A DNA stretch of 63,527 nt, counting the filler, from Choristocarpus tenellus KU-1152 (taxonomy: Eukaryota > Protista > Phaeophyceae): the NCBI GenBank assembly GCA_964200185.2. It is 10 parts of 10 records of this genome, joined end to end, with 100 filler letters (N's around TTAATTAATTAA, not from the genome) between each part and the next. Parts side by side here need not be neighbours in the genome. Positions count along the whole stretch, not along the records: positions 60,779 to 63,527 come from CAXNAD020025070.1; 9 more parts are not named here. One strand, written 5' to 3'. The translations under genes were made by a program, and so were the position numbers. Each line of letters opens with the position of its first letter. The stretch's first letter is position 1. The notes beneath the pieces were generated by a model, which had not been told where the DNA came from, searched no databases, and saw only the letters and a program-made list of their open reading frames with translations. Positions 61,250 to 63,527 of this stretch are shown here, piece after piece.

Positions 61250-62168
61250 CTAGAAATATTGAGAACCCAAGAATACCAAATCGAATCTACAATCGTATTT
61301 ATAGTGTTTGTGCAAAATAAAATTATTTTTGAATTTTGGCCTATCGGCGATATATTTACGATCGCTTGAATCTGTAGATGACCGGTCAACAGCTGTAGTA
61401 AATCTACCAAGAAGGTGTCGAAATCGAAGGCCATATACTTCAAGGTTTTCATCGGGTTTGACACACTGTCTGCCCCAATCTCCCAGCGCATTCGCGTGAC
61501 TGAATGTGTTGTTAAAAACCGTACATAATTGGTCCCATGTTTTAGGGGCTACAATGGGAACAGGATCGGTGGAATTATTCTGCATTTGAATGGCACGCAA
61601 TTGTGCAGGTGAGCGCCATTCAACTTTGCCTTCCATACTCTGCAAATATAGCATATTGGCATTTTTATCTAAAATCAAAGGGCAAATAGGCCATGCACGC
61701 CCTATCAATGGTTTGTTGGTCAGGTTGCGATTCATGAAGTTGAAGTGTGAAATGCATACGAAAACTTGTCAGAAGAGTCGGTACATCAGTTGTATTCGAA
61801 GGTAGACGCATAACTTTAGGAAAATTTGCTAATGACATTTTCGCCAGTGCAGTAATGGGGGTAGTTGGAGGAGATTGCCTTACATCAGTCATGTCCTTCG
61901 TCTCCGTCAAGTTCCGGATGAGGTCCATGTTAGGGGGGCGTTTCTCCTCCACTGTGGCCTTGAGTTCGTCATTGATCAAGTTTATGCACAAATCTCCTAT
62001 AGATGACGCCACCGACTGAGTAGACGGTGGTGCTGGCGGTGTTGGGGGAGACCTTGTGCTGGGGACATGGGCAGACTGAGAAACAAGCAGGGTTAGCGGT
62101 AAAGTAGATGGAATCATGGGGTTATTATCTGCCGACATAAGCTGTTGGACCACCCGTTGATCTACCAT
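61250..62168 (-). mobile_element. Retrotransposon gag (capsid-like) remnant with a frameshift near 61670
   Basis: Intronless overlapping ORFs; Pro/Ser-rich N-terminus then ...APKTWDQLCTVFNNTF...KPDENLEVYGLRFRHLL, resembling the Retrotrans_gag TW..L...F...F / E....Y..RF..L pattern. Confidence 0.55.
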
Positions 62169-62229
62169 TCTGAAATTAGTGTTTACAAATATCCCGGATG
62201 CTTTGTGAACTAAGAATTTTCTCCCATCT

Positions 62230-62406
62230 GTCCCAAAGTATCTCGGAGGGGGGCGGATCTACACCAGTGTGTCCATTTCGACCAAAATAAGTAAAAGTAC
62301 ATTTATAGTATCCATCCGAAGTATGCAACTAAATCACCCAAAATCGCAACATGAAAAAGTTGACCCCAAATGGACAGCCGTCACCCCCTCCCAGATAATT
62401 TGAGCC
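62230..62406 (-). mobile_element. MITE family A copy with ATCT target-site duplication
   Basis: ATCT|GTCCCAAAGTATCTCGGAGGGGGG...CCCCCTCCCAGATAATTTGAGCC|ATCT. Confidence 0.92.
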
Positions 62407-63527
62407 ATCTTCCAGAATAACCTCATCAAATGATAAGGGATCCTGGTCGTGGAATATTGGGAGTAGGTGCTCATCAGGCTCATTTTCCTCGAAATCTTCC
62501 GCCATTAAACTCTGAAATCGGTTTGAAGTTGTCTGGAATGTACTTCGTCTTCTCCTTGATCAAACTGTATGCCAGACTGATTTTTCATATGTGGTGCTCA
62601 AAGTACAGGCGATGTACTCAGAGTTTCCCACCAAAAATACTGGAAAAGTACTCTCCCACTTCAAAACGATTGCCGTCGTCGCCACTGTGAAACAGCCGAC
62701 AGGTTCTTCGAAATGAAGGGGAGCGGGAAGACCCACAGGAGGACAAATCAAAGAGAGACAAAGTCAAAGAGGGAGAGTAATCCCTCAGAAGATCACTCAG
62801 GCAAAGAGTGAACCAGGAAAAAGTGAAGGAGGGGGGATTTGGAAGGGCACTCCAAACCACCCAATCTTACTTCAAGCAGATGTTACCTTCAACATGCAAA
62901 AACAAATGTCACATGAATATCATGATGTTCGAGATAGGTAACCTCCAGGGTATACCTTCTGTGGAATATGACTCTTACATATTATGAAAATCAGTTTGCG
63001 CAAAATGAAATCACTATCAAAATGAAATTCACTTATCAAAAAGAAAAATGAAAAAAACAAGAAACGTCACAGGTGACCAGCAAATTCAAACCATCGTCCA
63101 CAACAGGGTTAGTGAGCGCCCCTTGACAAAAGAGCAGTCTGCCAAAGCCCGTGTTCGCTTCCGTCTATTTCGACCCTTCCCTGGGCATTCCTAAGTGGAT
63201 TGAGGGATGGAGGTAGGTCTTTGTCCGAATGGTGTCTACTTCTATCGCTCGCCTTGTCAGTGGCCAAATCAAGTGGGGATTGAAGCACGGGCTGGGGAAC
63301 GGATGTGACTGATCAAACGGGTTTTGATGCATTGCTTTTTGGAATGAATTAGATCCGCATTTTTCAGGAACCGAAGCAGGTTGTTTGTTTGCGGCAGCAC
63401 AGACAGCGGGCGAGGAGTTCTGAGTTAAAATAGCTTGAAGCATTGGTGTGAGGGTTGCCAGTACACTGTTGACAAACTCTTGGTGTGGCAGCGAAGTGTG
63501 ACTTGATACCCCATCGTGCATGGACGC

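Overview
Eukaryotic, intron-rich nuclear DNA, not a contiguous locus. The window is 10 short contigs joined by an artificial 100-bp linker (44 N + TTAATTAATTAA + 44 N), so neighbourhood across linkers is meaningless. A signal peptide + 'SAF' presequence, TTAGGG repeats and long introns suggest a photosynthetic stramenopile, probably a brown alga or close relative (inference). Spliced gene fragments reconstructed by hand with phase-consistent GT/AG junctions: a makorin-type CCCH/RING E3 ligase with an in-frame TAA before the RING, a SETD3/LSMT-like SET exon, a HotDog thioesterase, ARPC5 with a long Pro-rich N-terminal extension, an ABCC/MRP transporter, an ankyrin-repeat protein, NAR1/CIAO3 and some unknowns. 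Mobile DNA: two related MITE families (4-bp TSD, bipartite asymmetric ends, one copy with telomeric repeats in its TIRs), a copia remnant nested in a MITE, a mariner remnant, a gag remnant and two identical LTR-like ends. Most notable: the ARPC5 extension with actin-binding-like motifs, MITE end spacers differing by about one helical turn, the makorin internal stop, and a CpG/C-to-T pattern suggesting cytosine methylation. No CRISPR array, rRNA or tRNA was recognised.
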